This document shows positions 24,602 to 33,525 of a stretch of 33,525 nucleotides of DNA, in pieces (positions within the stretch are counted from its first letter, which is position 1; every line of letters starts with the position of its first letter). Position numbers and translations under genes: made by a program. The notes beneath the pieces were generated by a model. That model saw only the letters and a list, made by a program, of their open reading frames with translations, was not told the origin of the DNA and made no database searches. Source of the DNA: Octopus bimaculoides (taxonomy: Eukaryota); assembly GCF_001194135.2 (NCBI RefSeq), contig NC_069007.1:16553860-16587384 (forward strand), given 5' to 3'.

Positions 24602-24719
24602 TGTTTATCAATTCATTTTGCAAGATTCCAGATGTGAAATCGGGTGTCGAAACAAGTGTTGTTGTATTTTGGGATGGTCATTTTATTATTTTTTTTTGCC
24701 AAATAAACACATGCACTCT

Positions 24720-24912
24720 CATTATTCTTATACTTGTTTCAGTCATTTGACTGTGGCCATGCTGGAGCACCACCTTTAGTCGAGCAAATCGACCCCAGGA
24801 CTTATTCTTTGTAAGCCTAGTTCTTATTCCATCGGTCTCTTTTGCCGAACTGCTAAGTTACGAGGACGTAAACACACCAAGTGATTGGGGGGGGGGACAA
24901 ACACAGACACAA

Positions 24913-24960
<48 letters not shown>

Positions 24961-25127
24961 ATATATACGACGGGCTTCTTTCAGTTTCAGTCTACCAAAT
25001 CCACTCACAAGGCTTTAGTCGGCCCAAGGCTGTAGTAGAAGACACTTGCCGAAGGTGCCATGCAGTGGAACTGAACCCGGAACCATGTGGTTGGTAAGCA
25101 AGCTGCTTACCACACAGCCACTCCTAC
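24720..25127 (-). mobile_element. Full-length composite tRNA-headed SINE
   Basis: Minus strand begins gtaggagtggctgtgtggtaag...ggttccgggttcagttcc (A/B-box-like), has an internal (TA)n, and ends ...ggccacagtcaaatgactgaaacaag. Confidence 0.85.
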
Positions 25128-25128
25128 A

Positions 25129-25277
25129 CACTATATATTTTTCTTCACTCATTTATTACTGTTCTTATTTTATTATATTATTTTAACTCATGTCCGTTGT
25201 CAGGACAATGGACATGAGTTAAAATAATATAATAGAATAAGAACAGTAATAAATGAGTGAAGAAAAAATATACAGTG
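25129..25277. repeat. Long palindrome: ~73-bp arms, 2-nt spacer
   Basis: 25129-25201 versus 25204-25277 shows 3 mismatches and 1 indel. The arms continue as 24659-24717 versus 25275-25328 if the intervening SINE is removed. Confidence 0.9.
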
Positions 25278-25434
25278 CGTGTGTTTATTTGGCAAAAAAG
25301 AAAATGACCATCCCAAAATACAACAATGTATGTATGTATGTGTGTGTGTGTATACATATATATATATATATATGTATACACACACGGACATTAAACAATG
25401 ATGATGATACACACACACACACACACACACACAA

Positions 25435-25980
25435 TGGTCTTCAATACAGTTTCTGTGTACCAAATTCACTACAAGACAGTTGGCCTGGGCTACAGTAGAA
25501 GACACTTGCCCAAGGTGCCACAAAGTGAAACTGAAACTGAAACCACATGGTTGCAAAGCAAGTTTCTTAACCACACAACCATACATATGCTTCTGTGTAT
25601 TCTTCCATTTACTTGTCTCAGTCATTTGACTGTGGCCATGCTGGAGCACTGCCTTAAAGGTGTCTTTAGTCAAAGAAATCAACTTCAGGACTTATTCTTT
25701 GTCAGCCTGATACTTATTCTAACAGTCTCTTTTGCCGAACTGCTAAACTACAGGAACATAGATACACCATCAGTTGTCAAGCAATGGTTAGGAACAAACA
25801 CAGACACAAAACAAATATATACTTATATATATATATACATATAACAGGCTTCTTTCAGTTTCTGTCCACCAAATCCGCTCATAAAGCTTTGGTCAGCCTG
25901 AGGCTATAGCAGAAGACACATGCCCAAGGTTCCACACGGTGGGACTGAACCTGGAACCATGTGATTGGGAAGCAAGCTTT
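25435..25980 (-). mobile_element. Two further composite SINE copies (head-only 25435-25562; near full-length 25600-25980)
   Basis: Same motifs: gaagacacttgcccaagg, gtcatttgactgtggccatgctggagca, tttgccgaactgctaa, gggactgaacctggaaccatgtg. Confidence 0.8.
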
Positions 25981-26047
25981 TTATGATTGAATTAAGAGAC
26001 ACTGACAATATCTAAAACCTGGCCAGAAACATCAGAACCACAATGGC

Positions 26048-26274
26048 TTAACACTTTAGCATTCAGATAACTCTGTCAACTGCAATGCTTGTTTATTCAT
26101 GCTGTTTTCAATTAATCATGCATTATCTCATAGCTTTCGAGATTTTGATGTGATTGTTTATTTTTTAGAATGACATTGTAGGGCAGGTGTGAGGGACCGG
26201 GTCTCGCCACTCTGGACATAAAACAGGTAGAATATTTGGGCTGGATATGGCCAGGTTAAATGCTAAAGAGTTAA
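26048..26274. mobile_element. piggyBac-type MITE
   Basis: TTAA at both ends, with inverted termini ttaacactttagcatt / aatgctaaagagttaa; a second copy lies at 31768-31975. Confidence 0.75.
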
Positions 26275-26389
26275 ACATCAAGTAGAAATTCAAAGTTGAC
26301 AGTCACACCTTCAACAATAGGCACATATTTGCTCATTTGGAATTTCAAACCGATAAAAGTACAGGACATAAGAGTGTGTGTGTGTGTGT

Positions 26390-26533
26390 TCTTGAATCTG
26401 ATTATATACATTTAAGAGCATTTGAGAGTGTGTGTAGAAGTAGTGAGAGAAAGAGAAAAACAGAGAGAACCAAACCAATCCTAAATTGGTTTCTAATGTC
26501 TTATAAAATTACAGTACATAAGTGTGTGTGTAC

Positions 26534-26570
<37 letters not shown>

Positions 26571-26775
26571 TCGCCAAGCCAACATGGCAGTCCCAAAATT
26601 AGGACAAAAGCTGCCGTGAATATTAATAACTCTCTCTATATATATATATATATATACTCTTGAATCTGATTCTATGCATCTAGGTGCATTTCTAAGTGTG
26701 TGTGTGTGTGTAGACATAGAGGGAGAGAGAAAGACAGAGGTGAAACCAATCCTAAATTGGCTTCTGGTGTCTTAT
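26390..26775. repeat. Diverged local tandem duplication of about 120 bp
   Basis: 26390-26508 versus 26658-26775: tcttgaatctgatt.tat.cat.ta.g.gcattt...gagagaaaga...aaaccaatcctaaattgg.ttct..tgtcttata. Confidence 0.8.
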
Positions 26776-26926
26776 ATACCGAATGTATTTGGTTGCATAA
26801 ATGATACATAGGGAATAGAAATAAGCTTTTCATACATTAAAGTAAGTAATATCAGTGTAATTTTGTGATTTGGTTTGGTTTTCTGAGACATTCTTTTGGG
26901 AAAAAAAAAATGTGCATCTTATACAA

Positions 26927-27570
26927 CAGGAATGTCAAACAGCAGAATCTCTATGGGACTTAAGGTTCATATACATGTTACAGTGGTGGGAGAGGGGGTG
27001 GGGGCAGATGAATTTAAACCCACATTTACAACAAAAATTTCCTTCGTGTTAATTCTTCATCAAGTAAAAATCTTTTGAAACCTTTTATTTGCTCATTAAT
27101 CATCCTAAATTTACCCTGCACGTGTAAGCAAAAGAAGGGCATTGTAGCCACTCGTTTTTTTGTCTATTTGTGTGTTTGCAAAATTACTGGAAAATGGCTG
27201 AACAGATTTTCACCAAATTTGGCAGAAATACACATTGGGTGAGTGGCTCAAACTCATTAAATTTTCATGGATGGGTGAATCAAAATGTTTTAATTTTTGT
27301 TACGTATACATAAATGATGTCAATTCGTTGAAATATGAATTTGTCTGAGATTACTGAATTAAATTTTATTTATCCTTGTGTGTACGCTGGGTATGCATCA
27401 CCCTTCCGATGCCTTTTTTTCATTATTAATTAAATTATTATTAATCATTTTTATTGTTAAAAAGTTTTGGGGTTCCACATTTTTAAACTTCTAGTTATGT
27501 CACTTGCGGGCTGCACTTGTGTGTGAGAAGGGCCATATGTGTCCCATGGGCTGCATGTTTGACATGCCTG
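26927..27570. mobile_element. hAT (Charlie-like) non-autonomous element
   Basis: 14-bp TIRs caggaatgtcaaac / gtttgacatgcctg (13/14 match). 8-bp flanks ttatacaa / tcatacaa (7/8) fit a hAT target-site duplication. The right end carries GGGCTGCA subterminal motifs. Confidence 0.7.
27109..27420 (+). mobile_element. Possible Helentron/DINE-1-like non-autonomous element nested in the hAT MITE
   Basis: Starts tttaccctgcacg, has a core aaaattactggaaaatggctgaacagattttcaccaaatttggc, and ends with a short hairpin gcatc-acccttcc-gatgc before a T run. Family assignment is from recognition only. Confidence 0.45.
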
Positions 27571-27602
27571 TCATACAACTATAATGCATGTGTATGCATG
27601 CG

Positions 27603-27648
<46 letters not shown>

Positions 27649-28181
27649 CAGAGAGAGAGAGTGATACAGACAGACAGACAGATGGCATTTTTGATGGTAT
27701 AAAAATGTACAGGCATATGAGGGGCACTGCAAATTTCAGCAGCACATATTTAAGAAATAAAGGTTTTTGTGCATTGACGCATGTCATATTTAAAGCAATC
27801 TTGCATGAAGGACCTCAGGTGTTTTCTTTGAACCATTTTTTTTTCCAGGAAAAAAAAAATGGTTAATGCATCTCAAATGACACCAAATGTGGTACTTCTA
27901 CAAACAGTTAGCAATATTTCCAAAGAAATGTCTTAAACTATAGCAGATGGTATATCCTCTACGAGGAGTAGAGGGGGAGGTGCAGATGTGAACATACAGC
28001 TAAGGTGAATAGCTATGACAATGCTGATGCAGTGAAGTCAACACAAAAATAGCACGAGGACAAAGAGACAGAATGGTGCAAGCAACAACAAAAACATCAA
28101 ACATAGATTAAGCATATATATATGTGTATCGTAAAACAAACGAAACAAGTTCATACAAACATGTGAGCTTATGTGTGTGTC

Positions 28182-28217
<36 letters not shown>

Positions 28218-28486
28218 NNNNNNNNNNATATGCATACACACATGCAAACATACTGCACAACATCGACTAATGAAGCATACACATAGATATGATAAATATA
28301 TACCATTGGTAGTACGACAAGCCACTGTTACAATTCAAGAAACTCAACTTCTCATAAAATATACACAGTGCTTGAAGTATTGAGCCCTTTTGTAAGCATC
28401 TGTACACTACAACATTTCTACACACGCGTGTGTATGTACATATATATATATAACTTACTGAAGATGATTTCTGGGTTTTTTTTATG

Positions 28487-28570
28487 TCTTGTCTTGAGTT
28501 TCATGCTACAGCAATCTTCAGGTGAGTTCTCAGCTGAAGGTTTCAGTAGCATGAAACTAGAGTTACAAGA
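28487..28570. ncRNA. Candidate pri-miRNA-like or ADAR-substrate hairpin
   Basis: Perfect 13-bp stem agtttcatgctac/gtagcatgaaact, extended inward through aatcttcag/ctgaaggtt and outward through tcttgt/acaaga. Structure only; no expression evidence. Confidence 0.35.
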
Positions 28571-28831
28571 GAAATATGCATTGTGCACACCTCTCTCGTT
28601 CATTTAACACAACTCAATGTTTGTGTATACATTGTATATAAGTGTTTACACTACACCTAGCCAGTCACAAATTATCCAGCTTTCTTCAAAATCTAAATGG
28701 CATATTAGGGAAACTGAGAAAAGTAGGTAACTGAACTTACAAACGGGAGAAAAGAACTCAATACAGACGTAGTGTGCATACTTTTTTTATTTATTATTAT
28801 ATGTGAAACTGGAAAAACTCAACAGAAAATA

Positions 28832-29640
28832 GCTGAGATTGTTGTCAACTATTACTCCTAGGTCTCTGATATTATTAGATGCTGTGAGTGGTTCCCCTGG
28901 AGGAAGAGAATATGGTTATTTTAGCAAAGTCTTTCTTCCAAAATCATTAGTTCAAATTTTCCCTCATTTAACCACATTTTGTTTTTGCCTGCCCACTGAC
29001 CTACAACATGTAGACCAGTCTGGAGTTTAGTTGGGTTTTCTTCTCCGTTGGAGACATCAGTGAATATTTTCATTTTGCTGTGTTTTATGACACTTGAAAT
29101 TTTGTTTATATAGACTATAAACAGAAGCAGTCCCAAGACAGTCCCTTGAGGGACACCACTGGTGACTTTTGCTGGGCTTGAGTGGATCACACTGAACACA
29201 GCATGTGTTCTGTTCTCCAGGAAATATTCAATCCAGTCTAGTAGTTTCCACGGATTCCAACATTTCACAATTCTGACTTTAGGATATTGTGGTTGACTCT
29301 GTCAAACGCTTTACTGACGTCAAGATATATGACATCAGAGTTTGAACCTGATCCCAAGGCTTTAAGGACATCATCGATGTGGTGTAAGAGCTGTATTAAA
29401 CAGTCCCTGTCATAGCGAAAGCCATGCTGGTTTGAATTTAGGAGACTGTAGCTCTCCAGGAGGCCAGCTATCCTTGATCTCACCACCCTTTCAAACACTT
29501 TGATAATATGGAAAGTGAGATTGGGTGATAGTTGACTGTGAGGGGTTTGTTTCCCTGTTTGAAAACCGGGATGACAGACTGGGATAAGAGCTATTTCGCT
29601 ATATAACCTGAGTCTAAAAGATTTCTCCAGAGGTTGGTTA
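28832..29640 (-). mobile_element. Decayed CR1-like LINE reverse transcriptase fragment
   Basis: Motifs NQHGFR, DVIYLDVSKAFDRVNH, VTSGVPQGTVLGLLLFIVYIN and IRDLGVIVDNNLS. Frameshifts are present and the catalytic (Y/F)ADD is degraded to FTDV. Confidence 0.9.
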
Positions 29641-29644
29641 CAGG

Positions 29645-30200
29645 AACTGCAAGTTGGTGTTTACATTCCTTCAGGAGACTAGTGGGGAATCTATCAGGGC
29701 CTACAGCTTCCATTACCTAGGTGACCAAGTCAGTAGCAAGGGTGGATGCCCTGAGAGTGTAGCTGCTAGAATAAGAATAGCCTGGGCAAAGTTCAGAGAA
29801 CTCCTACCTCTGCTGGTAACAAAGGGCCTCTCACTCAGAGTAAAAAGTAGACTGTATGATGCCTGTGTATGAACAGTCATGCTACATGGTAGTGAAACAT
29901 GGGCTGTGACTGCTGAGGACATGTATAGGCTTGAAAGAAATGAAGCTAGTATGCTCCACTGGATGTGTAAGCACCCTGAGAAAAAAGTTGGACATAAGAA
30001 GTATCAGATGTGGTGTACAAGAGAGATGACTGTGCTGGTAAGATCATGTGATGTGTATGGATGAGGACAGCTGTGTGAAGAAGGGTTCACCCTAACAATA
30101 GAGGAACCTGCAGAAGTAGAAGACACAAGAAGACATAGGATGAGGTGGTGAAGTGCAGCCTTTGAACGTTGGGATTCACTTTGAGAAGACCTGGCAAGCC
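29645..30200 (+). mobile_element. Decayed RTE-clade LINE 3' fragment
   Basis: FHYLGDQVSSKGGCPESVAARIRIAWAKFRELLPLL...RLYDACV*TVMLHGSETWAVTAEDMYRLERNEASMLHWMC, the RTE thumb region, with an in-frame stop. Confidence 0.85.
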
Positions 30201-30219
30201 AAGTGAGATTGTAGTTGGG

Positions 30220-30398
30220 GCTGATGCCAGTGTTGCATAACTGGCCCGTTAAAAAAAGCACCCACTACACTCTTGCAGTGGTTGGCATTAGGAAAGGTAT
30301 CCAGCTGTAGAAACCTTGCCAAATCAGATTGGAGACTAGTGCAGCCTCCCAGCTGTCCAACTCATGCCAGTATGGAAAGTGGATGTTAAATGACGATG

Positions 30399-30400
<2 letters not shown>
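30220..30400 (+). mobile_element. RTE-associated 3' tail or SINE
   Basis: ggttggcattaggaaaggtatccagctgtagaaacc...catgccagtatggaaagtggatgttaaatgacgatgat; a second copy lies at 20281-20449. Confidence 0.7.
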
Positions 30401-30446
<46 letters not shown>

Positions 30447-30758
30447 GTGGATGTAAACTTTTAAAATTTAATCTTTCTATGCAGCCTCATACCAAATGAT
30501 CTGCAATATATATATATATATATATATGAATTTTACAATTTAAAACATTCAGTTAGCGGGTTTCATGCTGCTAAACATGCTTTAAACTACCCATGATTGT
30601 TAGATATAGGCATTACCGTAGGAAAAAAACAAAAAAAACTCAAGTACATCATAAACAGCTTCCCCGTTGAGGTTTTTCCAGCTTCACAAATGAATTAATA
30701 AAATGGTGCAAAGATAGAGAGAGAAGAAATAGAAAGAGAGAAAGTTAAGGTCAAGTAC

Positions 30759-30863
30759 CTGCAGGTGGCGCTGGTGTAGTGCTCTGTGCCATTGCAGCAA
30801 GAGATGCAGAAGTAGTAGTAGTAGTGGTAGCAGCATTAGAAGGAGATATCATGTCCATTACCC
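30759..30863 (-). CDS. Internal coding exon (105 nt, phase 1-1) of the same gene
   Basis: Acceptor cttttgttgcatgtgctagcag|GG GTA ATG and donor CCTGCAG|gtactt. Encodes VMDMISPSNAATTTTTTSASLAAMAQSTTPAPPA and splices in frame to 23016 (G+TC = Val). Confidence 0.75.
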
Positions 30864-31767
30864 CTGCTAGCACATGCAACAAAAGTTAGGAAGGACAAGA
30901 TTAGTCGCATTTCTTTCGTTTTTTGATATTTTTTTTGTCTTCACCTTAGACAAGTTTCTCTAAACCAAAGCTACAATTGTACACAGCAAAATATTAAGCA
31001 TGCAAGAGCCACATTCCCACCCAACCCCTAAACCTTCTCCCCTTCTTGTCCCCTCCCTTCTACCACTTTTCTTTTCTCATTTTTCTGATGAAGGACTAGT
31101 GCCCAAAACCTTAAGAACCCTTTCCTCACCAGCATCAGATTAATAACACCATTGTTAACACTTGCCTCTCTTGTGTTTTTTCTTGCTTTTGTTCATTCAT
31201 CGTATATTTTATTAGTGATTTCTTTTTTCCCTTAACAGGATTTGAACCCAGAATGCAGAGCCAGAACATATATTGCAGGATAATCTATCAAGCGCTGTAA
31301 TGACCCAACCAATTCACCAATATACACAGAATTTAACGGTAATTTAACAACAGTCTAGATTTATGTGCCAATTAGTACCCTTGCTTCCATGTTATAAGTA
31401 CATCTTTTATCTTCTACTTGTTTCAGTGAAACAAATTAACCCCAGGACTTATTTTTTGAAGCCTGCATGCTTAACTAAATTCAGCCTCTACTGATATATA
31501 TATAGAAAAATTAAGAAATCACTGGTCTCACAGGGAACCAATAGGCTGAGTAAAACATTTGTTAATAAAGATTAATATTTTTGTAGAAGACAGATAATAA
31601 TAAAAATAATCATGTACTAATTAACAAACAGCTAAATAGACCAGCCCTTAATTCCTTGGTTGTTTCGTTCCCATGAGTTTCGAACACCTACCTCTTTCTT
31701 TACAAAGTTACATTTTTGTAATCCATTTATTGAATTCAGTCATTGGTCTACAACCATACTGGAGCCT

Positions 31768-31975
31768 TTAACCCTTTGGCATTCAGATTATCCTGTCAAA
31801 TGCTTATTTATTCATATGTTTTTAATTAATCATGCCTTATCTCATAGCTTCAAGATTTCAATGATGTGATTGTTTATTTTTAGAACGACATTGTAGGGTA
31901 GGTGTGAGAGGCTACTCTGAGCATAAAACAGAATATTTGGACTAGCTACAACCAGTTTAGAAACTAAAGGTTTAA
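31768..31975. mobile_element. piggyBac-type MITE, second copy
   Basis: ttaaccctttggcattcag...aattaatcatgc.ttatctcatagctt...gacattgtagggtaggtgtgag...aaactaaaggtttaa, in the same orientation as 26048-26274. Confidence 0.7.
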
Positions 31976-32199
31976 GAGTTGTAGTCAATAAAATGAACTT
32001 TGGTTCTTTGGCATTTATTTAACTTATTTAGTTTGATTAACAATAAAAGCACCTGCCTGTCAGTTCCATTTGCTATTTCTGTAAGGGTTTCAATACCTAC
32101 CCTCATAAATTTGGGGTAGTGTCCAAATAAGTATGATTGTGAATATAAGCTGATGAAATGGGGTTTCACTGAAGGATCTCTGGAGCAATGTTACTTGAC

Positions 32200-32480
32200 A
32201 GGGTGCCCAGTTTGGAGAACCAGGGAGTCTCTCCAGCTCAAGCCCCCTACTTTAACACATTGAAGAGTCACAGTTCCGGTACTACGATCATGTGATTAGA
32301 ATGTCACAAAAAGGAATTGCAATACGAATTCTTCAGGGTCAACTAACTGGTAGGAGACCTATGGGTAGGCCAAGAATGAGCTGTGTCTCAGTTGGTCACA
32401 CTTGAGAATGTAGCAAGAATGTCAAATAATGGTAGCTTCTGATAGGACTCTAAGGAAGGGGTGCCTAAGAAATCTATTGT
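32200..32480 (+). mobile_element. Decayed RTE-like LINE 3' fragment
   Basis: 32262-32384 reads EESQFRYYDHVIRMSQKGIAIRILQGQLTGRRPMGRPRMSC, resembling the RTE QLRWFGHVxRM...GxRPRGRPR motif. Confidence 0.6.
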
Positions 32481-33159
32481 CACAACACTCCCAAGAATGG
32501 TGGGCATTTTGTCTGATACACATACCATTTTGCCAATCTACCACCCTAATAATGAGAGTAATAATAGCGATAATAATAAACAATATTAACATGAATAATG
32601 ATAACAATAATAATAATGATACAAACAAGAAACAACAGAGAAAGCAACATTATATATGTATATATATATATGTAAATGTATATTTTGTACTATTTCATTT
32701 TCAAAACAAAGGCTAAAAGAATAAAGACTGTTTTACAGTTGGTTTCAATGGAATGGCCAGAGGAAGAGCAAAGCAATTAATGGTGTAGAAATTAAATTAA
32801 AAAAGATGAAAGCCTGGTACGAAAACGAAAAGCAACATGGTTATAAAGCAACATCAGAAGAAAATACAAAATACAAAAGCAAGAGAAATGGGGAACAACA
32901 ATAACAATAAGAATAAAGAGAGAGAGAGAGAGAAAGAGAAAGAGAAAAAAGAGAAAAGCAATTTTAGAAACAGCGGGGAGTAAAATGGGTACCGTTTTTG
33001 ATGGCATATTACAGGCACCCAATTTCAGAAGCATAGAAAAACGTTTTGGGGGACATTTAGGTCTGTTAGATAAACTCTACTTTGCATGTAGGAAAGGGTT
33101 GATTTTCTTTAGAGAGATTTTGGGTAAATATGTGCATCTTATGCACCACCAAATAGTGT

Positions 33160-33288
33160 GTGCATGTGTGTGTGTGAGTGTATATATACATATATATATG
33201 AATGTGTTTGTGTAGGTATATATACATACACATAAATACATACATACATACATATACATACATATATACATACATACATATACATACA

Positions 33289-33320
<32 letters not shown>

Positions 33321-33525
33321 CATACACACATATACATACACACATATACATACACACATATATACATACACATATATATACATACACATATATATATACA
33401 TACACACATATATACATACACACATATATACATACACACATATATACATACACACATATATACATACATACATATATACATACACACATATATACATACA
33501 TATATACATACATACATATATACAT
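33160..33525. repeat. Compound (TA/CA/TACA)n with a ~14-bp unit cacatatatacata
   Basis: Direct reading of the sequence. Confidence 0.9.

Larger units (their letters stand above)
1462..28227. other. Eight assembly gaps: 1462-1712, 3201-3733, 7311-7410, 9570-10291, 13169-13757, 16355-16551, 21714-~22326, 28218-28227
   Basis: N runs, most of them adjacent to (TA)n. Further exons could be hidden in them. Confidence 1.

Noticed and set aside
24625-24655. Hammerhead-like core (cagatgt...gtcgaaac)
   Set aside because: The CUGANGA box has two mismatches and the helices cannot be drawn convincingly; a covariance-model search would be needed.
27860-28130. Long AG-free pyrimidine tract and several minus-strand acceptors
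   Set aside because: No acceptor/donor pair gives an open, phase-compatible exon with a credible donor.
32720-33110. Possible upstream exons or DNA-transposon remnant
   Set aside because: Candidate frames hit stops or lack donors, and no recognisable motif is present.
1335-33525. Most ORFs in the supplied track (YIYI, HTHT, CVCV, SLSL, poly-X types)
   Set aside because: They are translations of microsatellites or of N gaps.

Overview
AT-rich animal genomic DNA, dense in microsatellites and retroposons, with eight assembly gaps (about 3 kb of N). The SINE/LINE families resemble octopus (coleoid cephalopod) repeats; this is recognition, not a database result. The window appears to lie inside the introns of one minus-strand protein-coding gene. 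Four exons are supported (30759-30863, 22762-23016, 15096-15140, 10357-10404), each with AG/GT boundaries, phase 1-1 and a length divisible by 3. They join into a stop-free ~151-aa Ser/Pro/Thr-rich, probably disordered segment with a DLL/DPL acidic patch and seven PxSP repeats. No gene symbol can be assigned. Most ORFs in the supplied track are microsatellite or gap artefacts. The introns hold tRNA-derived SINEs (a seven-copy head-to-tail train, and two SINEs nested at one site with a triplicated 14-bp target), decayed CR1-, RTE- and R4/Dong-like LINE fragments, piggyBac- and hAT-type MITEs, and three hairpins (a 61-bp-arm palindrome, a ~73-bp-arm palindrome interrupted by a SINE, and an 84-nt pri-miRNA-like stem). 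Nothing here demonstrates a new biological system. The best leads are the cassette-like exon architecture, the hairpins and the site-specific SINE stacking.
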